From positions 416,001-480,000 of the forward strand of contig OZ244197.1 of assembly GCA_965216785.1 (NCBI GenBank): a stretch of 64,000 bases of DNA, in the 5' to 3' direction. A model generated the notes under the pieces. It was not told the origin of the DNA. It searched no databases and was given only the letters and a program-made list of their open reading frames with translations. This stretch comes from Thermodesulfobacteriota bacterium. Lineage in GTDB: Bacteria; Desulfobacterota_D; UBA1144; Nemesobacterales; UBA2774. How positions within the stretch are numbered: the first letter of the stretch is position 1; each line of letters starts with the position of its first letter. Made by a program: the position numbers and the translations under genes. Positions 42,967 to 51,758 of the stretch are shown one piece after another.

Positions 42967-44076
42967 ATGAAATTCAAACAACTAGAAGCCTACAGCCAGG
43001 AAGCAGAATTTATTAACCTCGATATAACCGATTCAGATGAGCTTGAGCACTCATTGGATTCTGAATTTGAGGATTCAGAGGATCAGTCGGAAAATAAGGG
43101 CAATCGGAATAGAAGAGAAGATAACAGCACTCCTGACCCAAATTACAGGCTGCTGTCCGCATATTTCAAAGACCTTAGCTCCGAGGGACTTCTTAATAGA
43201 AGGGACGAAGCCGTGCTCGCCTCTAAGATAAAGCTCTGCAATGAAAATAAGGATAGAATCGATAAAATTCTTGACTCGAAATCTTTTTCGAACAGACCTG
43301 AAAGCGATAAGAGGGCGCTGCGGACACTCAAAGAAATTTATGAAACAAAATCCCTTGAAGCTAGGGATAAATTTATCAAATCTAACCTAAGACTCGTAAT
43401 CGAGCTCTCTAACCGCTACCTGGGCAAGGGACTGCCGCTCGGAGACCTTATACAGGAAGGGAACATCGGTTTAATGAAAGCAGTGGGTAAGTTCGATCAC
43501 ACAAAGGGGTTTAAGTTTTCAACTTACGCCGCGTGGTGGATCCATCAGTCCCTGTCGAGAGCTACAATGGAGAAGACTCATGTGATAGCAATACCGGTCT
43601 ACCTTCAGGAAATGACTTCAAAAGTATATAAAGCAAAGAACAAGCTGGAGCATAACCAGAACATTACCGCAACTCACGAGCAAATTGCCGGGGAGGCTAA
43701 AGTTTCACTAGACTCCGTTAAGACAATCTTGCAGGGTAGAGACCTAGTTGTACCGATTGAGCTTAACTCAGAAGACGGCGATTCAAAGACATACCTGGAT
43801 ATTGCTCCCGACCCAAGGAGCAAACGGCCGGAATTTTATTTATCGATGAGATCGATAAAAAAGGAAATAAGAGGCTCCCTGAGCATATTAAACGAAAGGG
43901 AAAGGGACGTGCTCAAGATGAGGTTCGGTATTGACTACGAAGACGACCACAAGCTTGACCAAATCGCCACCAAATACGGCTTGAGCCGCGAGCGCATCAG
44001 ACAGATTGAAAGTGAGGCGCTCAACAAACTCGCTCACTCGGAACGCGGGCATGTGCTAAGGGGTTTACTAAATTAG
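42967..44076 (+). CDS. RpoD/SigA-family (group 2-like) alternative sigma factor
   Basis: Region 1.2 AYFKDL..LL, SNLRLV, DLIQEGNIGLMKAV.KFD..KGFKFSTYA.WWI.Q, region 4 LSRERIRQIE; no region 1.1. Confidence 0.92.
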   Translation: MKFKQLEAYSQEAEFINLDITDSDELEHSLDSEFEDSEDQSENKGNRNRREDNSTPDPNYRLLSAYFKDLSSEGLLNRRDEAVLASKIKLCNENKDRIDKILDSKSFSNRPESDKRALRTLKEIYETKSLEARDKFIKSNLRLVIELSNRYLGKGLPLGDLIQEGNIGLMKAVGKFDHTKGFKFSTYAAWWIHQSLSRATMEKTHVIAIPVYLQEMTSKVYKAKNKLEHNQNITATHEQIAGEAKVSLDSVKTILQGRDLVVPIELNSEDGDSKTYLDIAPDPRSKRPEFYLSMRSIKKEIRGSLSILNERERDVLKMRFGIDYEDDHKLDQIATKYGLSRERIRQIESEALNKLAHSERGHVLRGLLN

Positions 44077-44144
44077 TTGGTATAAAGCTCTAGGGGATAG
44101 ATGGGGACTCTGGAGCCTGGGCCCGGACTGCAGATATATTTACA

Positions 44145-45092
44145 CTAAGTATTTGCTGCGCTTGTGAATTTGATTGAATCCGGAAACGGGAACCTAGTGT
44201 TCTCTTCTTTTCCGTCTAGCTCCTGGATGCTGTCCGCTCCAAATTCTTCAAGCTTCTGAATAACCTCTAAAACTACCGTCTCGGGCGTCGAAGCGCCGGA
44301 GCTTAGGCCTACTACCGTATCTTCACTAAACATTTCGGGCCTCAGGTCCTGAGCGCCCTCTATGAGACACGCCTTCTCCACACCGCTTGCTTTAGCGACT
44401 TCCACCAAGCGGTTAGAGTTGGAGCTCTCAGGGGAGCCCATAATAAATATCATGTCTGCCTGCTTGGAGAGAGCTTTCACAGCGTCCTGACGGTTTTGCG
44501 TAGCGTAGCATATGTCGAGCTTTGAAGGGCTTAGTACTTTAGGGAATCTCCGCTTAAGCGTCTCCACAATCTCGCGCGTATCGTCTACGCTAAGCGTGGT
44601 CTGTGTAACATAAGCGATTTTCTCTGGATCAGGCACTGAAAGACTTTCCGCTTCCTCTACGGATTCAACCACTATTACCTTGTCGGGGGCCTCTCCGCTT
44701 GTGCCGATAACTTCAACATGGTTTCTGTGGCCTATGAGTATTATTGTGTAGTCAAGCTCAGCGTAGTGCGTTACTTCCTGGTGCACCTTCGTAACCAGTG
44801 GGCAGACGGCGTCCACGACTTCAAGACCTCTTTCTCTGGCTTCCTTCCAAACCTGTGGGCTTATCCCATGGGCGCTGAATATCACTTTTGCGCCTTTTTC
44901 TTCTATTTCACCTAAAGATTCTACAAACCTCACGCCTTTATTTTTAAGAGACTCTACAACTCGCTTATTGTGTACGATTGCGTGCCGCACATAGATCGGC
45001 GGTCCGTACATTTCAAGCGCCCTTTCAACTATCTCGATCGCCCTGTCCACCCCGGCGCAAAAACCTCTGGGCTTGGCTACTATGACCCGCAT
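44145..45092 (-). CDS. ispH: 4-hydroxy-3-methylbut-2-enyl diphosphate reductase
   Basis: PRGFCAGV, IVHN, SAHG, DAVCPLV, ICYATQNRQ, SSNS, GASTP. Confidence 0.98.
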   Translation of the reverse strand: MRVIVAKPRGFCAGVDRAIEIVERALEMYGPPIYVRHAIVHNKRVVESLKNKGVRFVESLGEIEEKGAKVIFSAHGISPQVWKEARERGLEVVDAVCPLVTKVHQEVTHYAELDYTIILIGHRNHVEVIGTSGEAPDKVIVVESVEEAESLSVPDPEKIAYVTQTTLSVDDTREIVETLKRRFPKVLSPSKLDICYATQNRQDAVKALSKQADMIFIMGSPESSNSNRLVEVAKASGVEKACLIEGAQDLRPEMFSEDTVVGLSSGASTPETVVLEVIQKLEEFGADSIQELDGKEENTRFPFPDSIKFTSAANT

Positions 45093-45290
45093 TTGTTCTC
45101 CTCGAAAACTGTATAAGCTACCTATAACTATACTCAAAGATTATGTACATAAAAGGCTGAACCCAGTAGTTTTATACCAGATTTCTCTCTAATCCGTACA
45201 CATCCAAAGGAAGTAAGCCCCTTGTAAGTTCTGGGTAAATATATAAGAATGTTAGTACTAGAGAGAAATTCATAAGGGAGATCACGCAAA

Positions 45291-46079
45291 ATGAGACTAA
45301 AGGACAAAGTTGCGATTGTTACAGGAGGATCATCCGGGATCGGGAAAGCCATTGCGCTTGGTTATGTGAAGGAAGGGGCAAAGGTTATGATAGCGGCGCT
45401 TCACGAAGACAAGTGTGAGGAAACAGTTGAGGAAATAAAGAAAATGGACGGAGAAGCGATCTACTACACTCTTGATGTGGCGGACCTTGAAGCTCAGAAA
45501 AAAATGCTCGCGGCCACGTTAGAGGCATACGGTAAAGTGGATATACTGGTTAATAACGCCGGTTACTCGAGAAGAGAGAGTATATTCGAAGTGACTCCAG
45601 AGAATTGGGATAAAATCCTCGATATTAGCCTAAAGAGCGTATTCTTTTTATCTCAAGTTTTCGCGGATCAGGTTATAACACAGGGCAGTCCCGGAAGAAT
45701 AATCAACATCGGCTCTGTTGCCGGTATTATGGATTTTCACCCGCTATCTATCGCCTACCACGTTGCAAAAGCGGGAGTTATACATATGACCAGGGTGATG
45801 GGAGCCGATCTTGCGGAGCACAATATAACCGTTAACTGCATAAGCCCGGGCTCTACTAAAACTCCGCTCTCAAGCTCTGCTGACCCTGAGTACAGGGACT
45901 GGATGACTGAAGGGATTCCTGAAGGGCGTATGGCAAACCCGGAAGAAATGGCGCCCCCTGCTATTATGTTTGCAGGAGACGACACCGCTTATATAACGGG
46001 CCAAACTATATACGTTGAGGGAGGGGCGCTTGCGGTTTACCTCGGACGCGCTCACCGTCACGAAACAGAGCACAAATAA
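45291..46079 (+). CDS. Classical SDR oxidoreductase
   Basis: TGGSSGIG, NNAG, YHVAK (YxxxK), VNCISPG, YITGQ. Confidence 0.95.
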   Translation: MRLKDKVAIVTGGSSGIGKAIALGYVKEGAKVMIAALHEDKCEETVEEIKKMDGEAIYYTLDVADLEAQKKMLAATLEAYGKVDILVNNAGYSRRESIFEVTPENWDKILDISLKSVFFLSQVFADQVITQGSPGRIINIGSVAGIMDFHPLSIAYHVAKAGVIHMTRVMGADLAEHNITVNCISPGSTKTPLSSSADPEYRDWMTEGIPEGRMANPEEMAPPAIMFAGDDTAYITGQTIYVEGGALAVYLGRAHRHETEHK

Positions 46080-46088
46080 GAAATGGCG

Positions 46089-46688
46089 TTAATCGACTTC
46101 TAAAATTACATCCGCCCTATTCTTGTGCGCATACAGGTAAGGGAGATAATGATTGTAAAATATATCCTTTTTCTGAAGCCAACCGCTGTGATCGAGGTGC
46201 CTTACGCTCTCATCCCGCACGTGAGCCCTCTCTAGAGCTACTTCCTGCGGCACATCCAGAAAAACCCTAAGGTCAACAAATGCGTCCAAATCTTCGTGGC
46301 AGGAAAAAAGACCTTCTAAAATCAGGTAATCGCAATCCGTGGCATCAATTTGGAGCTCGTCGTCAAATTGCCCATTGGATAGATTGTAAAGCTCATTCAC
46401 ACTGAACCGCTCTTTTCTTTTGACTGACTCAAGAGCTTGTCTTATCTTCTGAAGATCATACCAAGTGTGCAGCTCTACATCATGTGCCTCTATTCTCTGT
46501 GGCCATTCCGACCTCGGCACACTGACGAAGAGGTCAGTAGATATTTGCTGGGCTTTCCCGCCTAACTTTTCTTTCAGTAAATTCGCTTCGTAGCTCTTCC
46601 CGCTGCCAATCATACCTTCAAAGGCAATGACATAGGGGTGCTTCTTTTCTTTACTGAGAATATACTCTACAATTTCAGGTAATTTCAT
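46089..46688 (-). CDS. Uridine kinase/PRK-like P-loop kinase
   Basis: GMIGSGKS Walker A, STDLF, ILEGLF, DLRVFLD, R...RD. Confidence 0.75.
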   Translation of the reverse strand: MKLPEIVEYILSKEKKHPYVIAFEGMIGSGKSYEANLLKEKLGGKAQQISTDLFVSVPRSEWPQRIEAHDVELHTWYDLQKIRQALESVKRKERFSVNELYNLSNGQFDDELQIDATDCDYLILEGLFSCHEDLDAFVDLRVFLDVPQEVALERAHVRDESVRHLDHSGWLQKKDIFYNHYLPYLYAHKNRADVILEVD

Positions 46689-46810
46689 TCAGTGCTCTTT
46701 ACTACTTTACACTAATTTTGGCCAAACAGATAACCTACTCCTCACACGCGGCTTGACAAAAGCTGAGCAGTAATGATATACAGATATTACCAATTCTTAA
46801 GGAGAGTAGG

Positions 46811-48097
46811 ATGGCTAGCGAATCTGCATCTGACTATCGGGTTAAAAATGTAGTCGCCGGATGTGTAGGGAATGTGCTCGAGTGGTATGATTTTGCTCTT
46901 TACGGATTTTTCGCACCCATTATTGCCAAACTTTTCTTCCCTTCGGACGACCAATTAACGGGACTTCTAGCCACCTTCGGCATATTTGCAGTAGGGTTTC
47001 TGATGCGCCCTATCGGCTCTGTCCTATTCGGCATTCTTGGAGATAGACTCGGACGCAAGAAAGCGCTTGAAATCTCTGTAGTTATGATGGCAATCCCGAC
47101 TACATTGATTGGAGTGTTGCCGACGTATGAGTCCGTGGGAGTATTGGCGCCTGTACTGCTCACTATAATAAGACTTATTCAGGGAATATCGGTTGGCGGC
47201 GAGTTCACAGGTTCTATCTCGTATGTGGTCGAGCACGCTCCTTACCCTCCGGGGAGAAGAGGTTTTTACAGCAGCTGGACCGTGTTCAGCCTGCTTGGCG
47301 GAATCCTTCTGGGATCGGCGATTGCCTCGATAGTTACGGACTTTTTTACGGATTCCCAAGTGCAAAGCTTCGGGTGGAGAATTCCGTTCTTACTCGGATT
47401 GGTTATAGGCATAATCGGACTATTTTTAAGATCGGGAATAGATGAATCGCCTGCGTTCAAGAAAATGAAAGAAGCGGGCACATTGTCAAAGAAACCGATA
47501 AAAGACGCGTTTAAGTACCATTGGAAAGAAATAATAACTGTAATCGGCGCTACATGCGTTGGCGCGGTGAACTTTTATATGATCTTCGTCTATCTCACGA
47601 CATTTCTGTCAACCGAAACTCACCTGGACCTGTCAACCGCGCTTGAAATAAACACTGTTAGCATGATCGTACTCATGATTATTACACCAATAATGGGTTA
47701 TTTATCCGATAAGATCGGCAGAAAACCCATATTAATCGGGGGCTGCTTAATAATAGCCATTTTCTCCTACCCGCTATTCGTGGAATTTGCTAAAGGCGAT
47801 GCGCTTCACGATCTATTATCTCAATTGGTTTTCGCCCTAGGGCTGTCTATGGTATTCGGCCCGTTCGGAGCTATGATGATAGAGCTGTTCCCTGCAAAGA
47901 TACGTATGAGCGCCGTCTCAATTGGCTATAACCTTGGCTTTGCCGTGTTCGGAGGAACAGCGCCTTTTATTGCAACATATCTGATCGACGTTACAGGAGA
48001 TAAGCTTTCTCCAAGCTATTATCTCATACTGTCGGCAATTATATCGCTAATTGTATTCGCAAGAATAAGGGAATCTTATCAGGACGACGTGGATTGA
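46811..48097 (+). CDS. MFS transporter, MHS family (ProP-like)
   Basis: GNVLEWYDF, RPIG..FG..GDRLGRK, RLIQGISVGGE, GWRIPFL, GGTAP. Confidence 0.95.
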   Translation: MASESASDYRVKNVVAGCVGNVLEWYDFALYGFFAPIIAKLFFPSDDQLTGLLATFGIFAVGFLMRPIGSVLFGILGDRLGRKKALEISVVMMAIPTTLIGVLPTYESVGVLAPVLLTIIRLIQGISVGGEFTGSISYVVEHAPYPPGRRGFYSSWTVFSLLGGILLGSAIASIVTDFFTDSQVQSFGWRIPFLLGLVIGIIGLFLRSGIDESPAFKKMKEAGTLSKKPIKDAFKYHWKEIITVIGATCVGAVNFYMIFVYLTTFLSTETHLDLSTALEINTVSMIVLMIITPIMGYLSDKIGRKPILIGGCLIIAIFSYPLFVEFAKGDALHDLLSQLVFALGLSMVFGPFGAMMIELFPAKIRMSAVSIGYNLGFAVFGGTAPFIATYLIDVTGDKLSPSYYLILSAIISLIVFARIRESYQDDVD

Positions 48098-48134
48098 TCT
48101 TAATCAGCAATAATTATTTCATAGGAGGGAAAAT

Positions 48135-48731
48135 ATGAGAGAAATAATTTTTAAAAGGTGGAGTTTGTTAAAGGTACTTACTCTTGTCCTTTGCTCATCC
48201 GCTGTTCTGGGTCTTGCCGCTTCTTGCGACAACGACAGTAACGCTCAGGACAATGAGATTGAGTTTACGGAAACTTACTCCGGAAGCTTTGAGACCGCTC
48301 CCGCGGCTACGGACTCAAACGACGATGGTAGGCCTGCAAACCTGGGGCAGTTCTTGGGCACAAGCACATTTGGAAACGTTTCCATCCAGAGTTTGAATGA
48401 GTTTGAGCCAGTTCTTGAAAACGCAAATTGCGACCCGGGAGAGGACGAGTTTACTTTGGTACAGGGACATTTCGTAAAGCGTTTCTCAAACAACGAGCTT
48501 ATATTCGGCACGTGGGAAAGCGGAGTTAGCTGCTTTGATCCCGTTACGAGTATTGCTACTACGACTCAAGTAGGCACCTTTACTGGCGGGACCGGTCAGT
48601 TCGAAAACGCAACGGGGCCGATACAAATAGATTTCACGTCCACTTTCCTGGCCTCACCAGCTGTGGACGGGTTTACATTTGGCGGGACAAGTGGCACCGG
48701 ATTCGGGACAATTATTTACAACGGTGAATAA
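48135..48731 (+). CDS. Acidic lipoprotein, probable beta-barrel (dirigent/AOC-like)
   Basis: GGAGG RBS, lipobox LAASC, GTFTGGTGQFENATG motif. Confidence 0.7.
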   Translation: MREIIFKRWSLLKVLTLVLCSSAVLGLAASCDNDSNAQDNEIEFTETYSGSFETAPAATDSNDDGRPANLGQFLGTSTFGNVSIQSLNEFEPVLENANCDPGEDEFTLVQGHFVKRFSNNELIFGTWESGVSCFDPVTSIATTTQVGTFTGGTGQFENATGPIQIDFTSTFLASPAVDGFTFGGTSGTGFGTIIYNGE

Positions 48732-48766
48732 ATGAGAGGATGTTAAACGTACCGAGCGGCATTTAT

Positions 48767-49522
48767 TTAAAATAATCCGAAAAGCTTTAGCGCAACTACG
48801 AAAATTGCGGCTATCAAAACGTAGCGGATTATTTTCTCTCCGCCTCTGACAGAAATACGAGCGGACCACCAACCGCCGAGCGCGTTTCCGGCGGCCAGAA
48901 CGAGTCCCAGAAGCCAGTCTACATTATCTGTCCATATGAAAATAATGAGCGCGGGTATTGTAAAAATCATAGTAATAAAAACCTTATGCATATTTACAAA
49001 CACGAGGTTCATCTTTAAAAGGTGATAAAGAGCGGCCATAATCAAAAATCCAACTCCAACCTGAACAAAACCGCCGTAAAACCCTATCGCGAACATTATA
49101 GGGTATATAAACCAAGTCTTTTTCCCTTCCTCTGTTGTGATAGCGTTATTAGACTGAGGGACAAGCATCGAGACGATTATTCCTATCATTATCACGCCGA
49201 GAATCCTCTCAAACCACTCATCGCTTATTCTGATTGCAACTGCAGCCCCAAGGACAGCCCCGGGGATGGTGAAGGCCGCCAGTCTTAAGCTCAGATTCAA
49301 TCCCGATATTTTCTCTTTACGAAACGAAAGGGTCGCGAAAATGCTCTGTATCAATATCCCGACCCTGTTTGTGCCGTTCGCACTAGCGCTATCGAGCCCT
49401 AAGAAAATAAGCGCGGGCAGGGTCAAGCTCGAGCCGCCTCCGGCCATGACGTTAATTACTCCCGCCACCACACCTACGCCGAAGAGTATGAGTATTTCAA
49501 AGTATTCCGGCATATATATCAC
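48767..49522 (-). CDS. Sulfite exporter TauE/SafE (TSUP) family protein
   Basis: AGGGSSLTLP.LIF.GL..ANGTNR, GFYGGF.Q.G.G. Confidence 0.9.
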   Translation of the reverse strand: MIYMPEYFEILILFGVGVVAGVINVMAGGGSSLTLPALIFLGLDSASANGTNRVGILIQSIFATLSFRKEKISGLNLSLRLAAFTIPGAVLGAAVAIRISDEWFERILGVIMIGIIVSMLVPQSNNAITTEEGKKTWFIYPIMFAIGFYGGFVQVGVGFLIMAALYHLLKMNLVFVNMHKVFITMIFTIPALIIFIWTDNVDWLLGLVLAAGNALGGWWSARISVRGGEKIIRYVLIAAIFVVALKLFGLF

Positions 49523-49649
49523 GTTTTCCGCAGTTTAATAAAGTACATTATGGATGCGTAATTATACTTTTTTATCACAGTTGATAAAATACTCGTGATC
49601 AATCAGCTAAAAGTCCTTAAATGTTGCCACCGACAGGAGCAAATCAGTA

Positions 49650-50972
49650 ATGCTGGATAAGTTTTTTAATTTAAGCGCACAGGGAACCACTGCTAGAACA
49701 GAAGTAGTTGGCGGGATCACGACGTTTATGACCATGTCTTATATTATATTCGTACAGCCTGCCGTGCTGGGAGCAGCCGGCATGGACCCGGGGGCGGTGA
49801 TGACGGCAACATGCTTGTCTGCTGCGCTCGGGACGATCGTAATGGCGGTACTCACCAACTACCCCATAGCTCAGGCCCCCGCAATGGGTCATAACTTCTA
49901 TTTCTCATATATTGTCGTACTTACTCTCGGGTACACATGGCAGGAAGCGCTGGGGGCAGTATTTATTGCAGGCGCGCTGTTTATCCTGCTTTCTACAGTA
50001 GGACTCAGGGAAACGCTGATGAGCGCTCTGCCCGAGTGCTTAAAGAACGGTATACCTGTGGGAATTGGGCTTCTCATCGCGCTGGTAGGGCTCGAGTGGT
50101 CTGGAATAGTTACAAGTCATCCGGTGACTTATGTTACTCTTGGAGACCTAAAATCAATTCCTACTTTAGTATCAATATTCGGTCTTATCGTAATGGCTGT
50201 TCTATTCGCTCTGAGAGTAAAGGGGGCGATACTGCTGGGCATAGTGGCTTCGCTAATTGCGGGCTTTATAGCGGGGATTGTCGAGTTTGTAGGCGTAGTA
50301 TCGGCTCCGCCTTCGCTCGATCCCACGCTGTTTAAGCTTGAGATACCCAACATTTTTAAAGACCCTCACCTGATTACAGTGATCTTCGTATTCCTTTTCC
50401 TGGACCTCTTTGACACGATCGGCTCGTTGATCGGCGTAAGCCAGCAGGCTGGGCTTATGAAGAACGGGAAGCTGCCCAAAGCAAGGGGAGCGCTGCTTTC
50501 AGACGCGGTAGCGACAAGCGCGGGGGCGCTGCTCGGCACATCTACTGTGACGAGTTATATTGAAAGCGCCTCGGGCATATCCGCAGGCGCAAGGACAGGG
50601 CTTTCCAATATTGTAGTCGCATTCCTATTTATCCTGGCGATATTCATTAGTCCGCTTGTGCATATGATAGGCTCGGGTTATCACACAGGTGACATAACGT
50701 TATATCCCGTGATTGCTCCGGCGCTAATCATCGTCGGGAGCTTGATGTTCAAAAACATTGTTAATATCAAGTGGGATGATTACACGGAATCTATCCCGGC
50801 TTTTTTAACGCTCATCATAATGCCCCTAGCGTTCAGTATCACCGAAGGGATATCGTTCGGGGTGATTTCCTATGTACTGCTAAAGGTAGTAAGCCGTAGG
50901 GGTAAAGAGGTCCACTGGCTGATATACGTGTTCGCACTACTTTTCGTAGCAAGATATATTTGGCTCGATTAG
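49650..50972 (+). CDS. NCS2/AzgA-type purine permease
   Basis: TTFMTMSYII, APAMG.N, DLFDTIG, GTSTVTSYIES..G...GARTG. Confidence 0.95.
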   Translation: MLDKFFNLSAQGTTARTEVVGGITTFMTMSYIIFVQPAVLGAAGMDPGAVMTATCLSAALGTIVMAVLTNYPIAQAPAMGHNFYFSYIVVLTLGYTWQEALGAVFIAGALFILLSTVGLRETLMSALPECLKNGIPVGIGLLIALVGLEWSGIVTSHPVTYVTLGDLKSIPTLVSIFGLIVMAVLFALRVKGAILLGIVASLIAGFIAGIVEFVGVVSAPPSLDPTLFKLEIPNIFKDPHLITVIFVFLFLDLFDTIGSLIGVSQQAGLMKNGKLPKARGALLSDAVATSAGALLGTSTVTSYIESASGISAGARTGLSNIVVAFLFILAIFISPLVHMIGSGYHTGDITLYPVIAPALIIVGSLMFKNIVNIKWDDYTESIPAFLTLIIMPLAFSITEGISFGVISYVLLKVVSRRGKEVHWLIYVFALLFVARYIWLD

Positions 50973-50988
50973 TGATGAGAAGCGCGCT

Positions 50989-51714
50989 CTAAAGCCAGGG
51001 TGCGGCGGCTTTATCGAGGTACCATTCAAGCACACCGTCAGAGGGGTTCACCATTGATGCGGGATAGGGAAGCGGTTTACCGCCGCTATCCATTATTTCC
51101 TTGAGTACAGGTGCTTTTGAGTCACCAGCCACGAGAAAAGAGACTCTCTTTGCGTTATTTAAGACCGGGAATGTAACGCTTATTCTCTTTTGCCCTGTTT
51201 CGGGACGCACTGCAACGACGCAGACCCTGTCCCTTTCCTCAAGTGTCGGGGCTCCGGGGAAAAGAGAAGCCGTATGACCGTCGGGCCCCATCCCGAGGAA
51301 TATCCAGTCAAAACGTGGAAAGCCATTAGCTGACAATGGAATAAACTCTTTAATTTCCTGCTCGTACCTGAGCGCCTCGTTATGGGGAGGATCTTCACCA
51401 AGTACTCTGTGTATATTGTCTGAGGGAATGACTATATTTGAGAGTAGCGCCCCGTTTGTCATTTTAAAATTGCTTTCGTCGTTATCAGGAGGAACGCAGC
51501 GCTCATCGCCCCAGAAAAAGACAACTTTATTCCAGGCTATGCTGTCACGGTACTGATCGGCAAGCACCTCGAAAAATGTCTTAGGAGTATGACCGCCGGA
51601 TAGAGCCACTGTGAGAGACCCGCCGGAAGCCGCCTTTTCGCTTACGGCCGCGCTAAAGTCTTTAGCCAGCTGCTCTGCCAGCTCTTTTGAATCATTGAAT
51701 AAATATTGTTTCAT
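50989..51714 (-). CDS. pgl: 6-phosphogluconolactonase
   Basis: ALSGG.TP, FWGDERCVPP..ESN, LGMGPDGHTASLFP. Confidence 0.96.
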   Translation of the reverse strand: MKQYLFNDSKELAEQLAKDFSAAVSEKAASGGSLTVALSGGHTPKTFFEVLADQYRDSIAWNKVVFFWGDERCVPPDNDESNFKMTNGALLSNIVIPSDNIHRVLGEDPPHNEALRYEQEIKEFIPLSANGFPRFDWIFLGMGPDGHTASLFPGAPTLEERDRVCVVAVRPETGQKRISVTFPVLNNAKRVSFLVAGDSKAPVLKEIMDSGGKPLPYPASMVNPSDGVLEWYLDKAAAPWL

Positions 51715-51758
51715 TACGGCCTCCTAAAACATCTTGCGGCAGCAAAGCCTTTTAAACC

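Noticed and set aside
49523-49649. Possible purine riboswitch before the NCS2 permease
   Set aside because: No purine-riboswitch consensus or three-way junction is visible.
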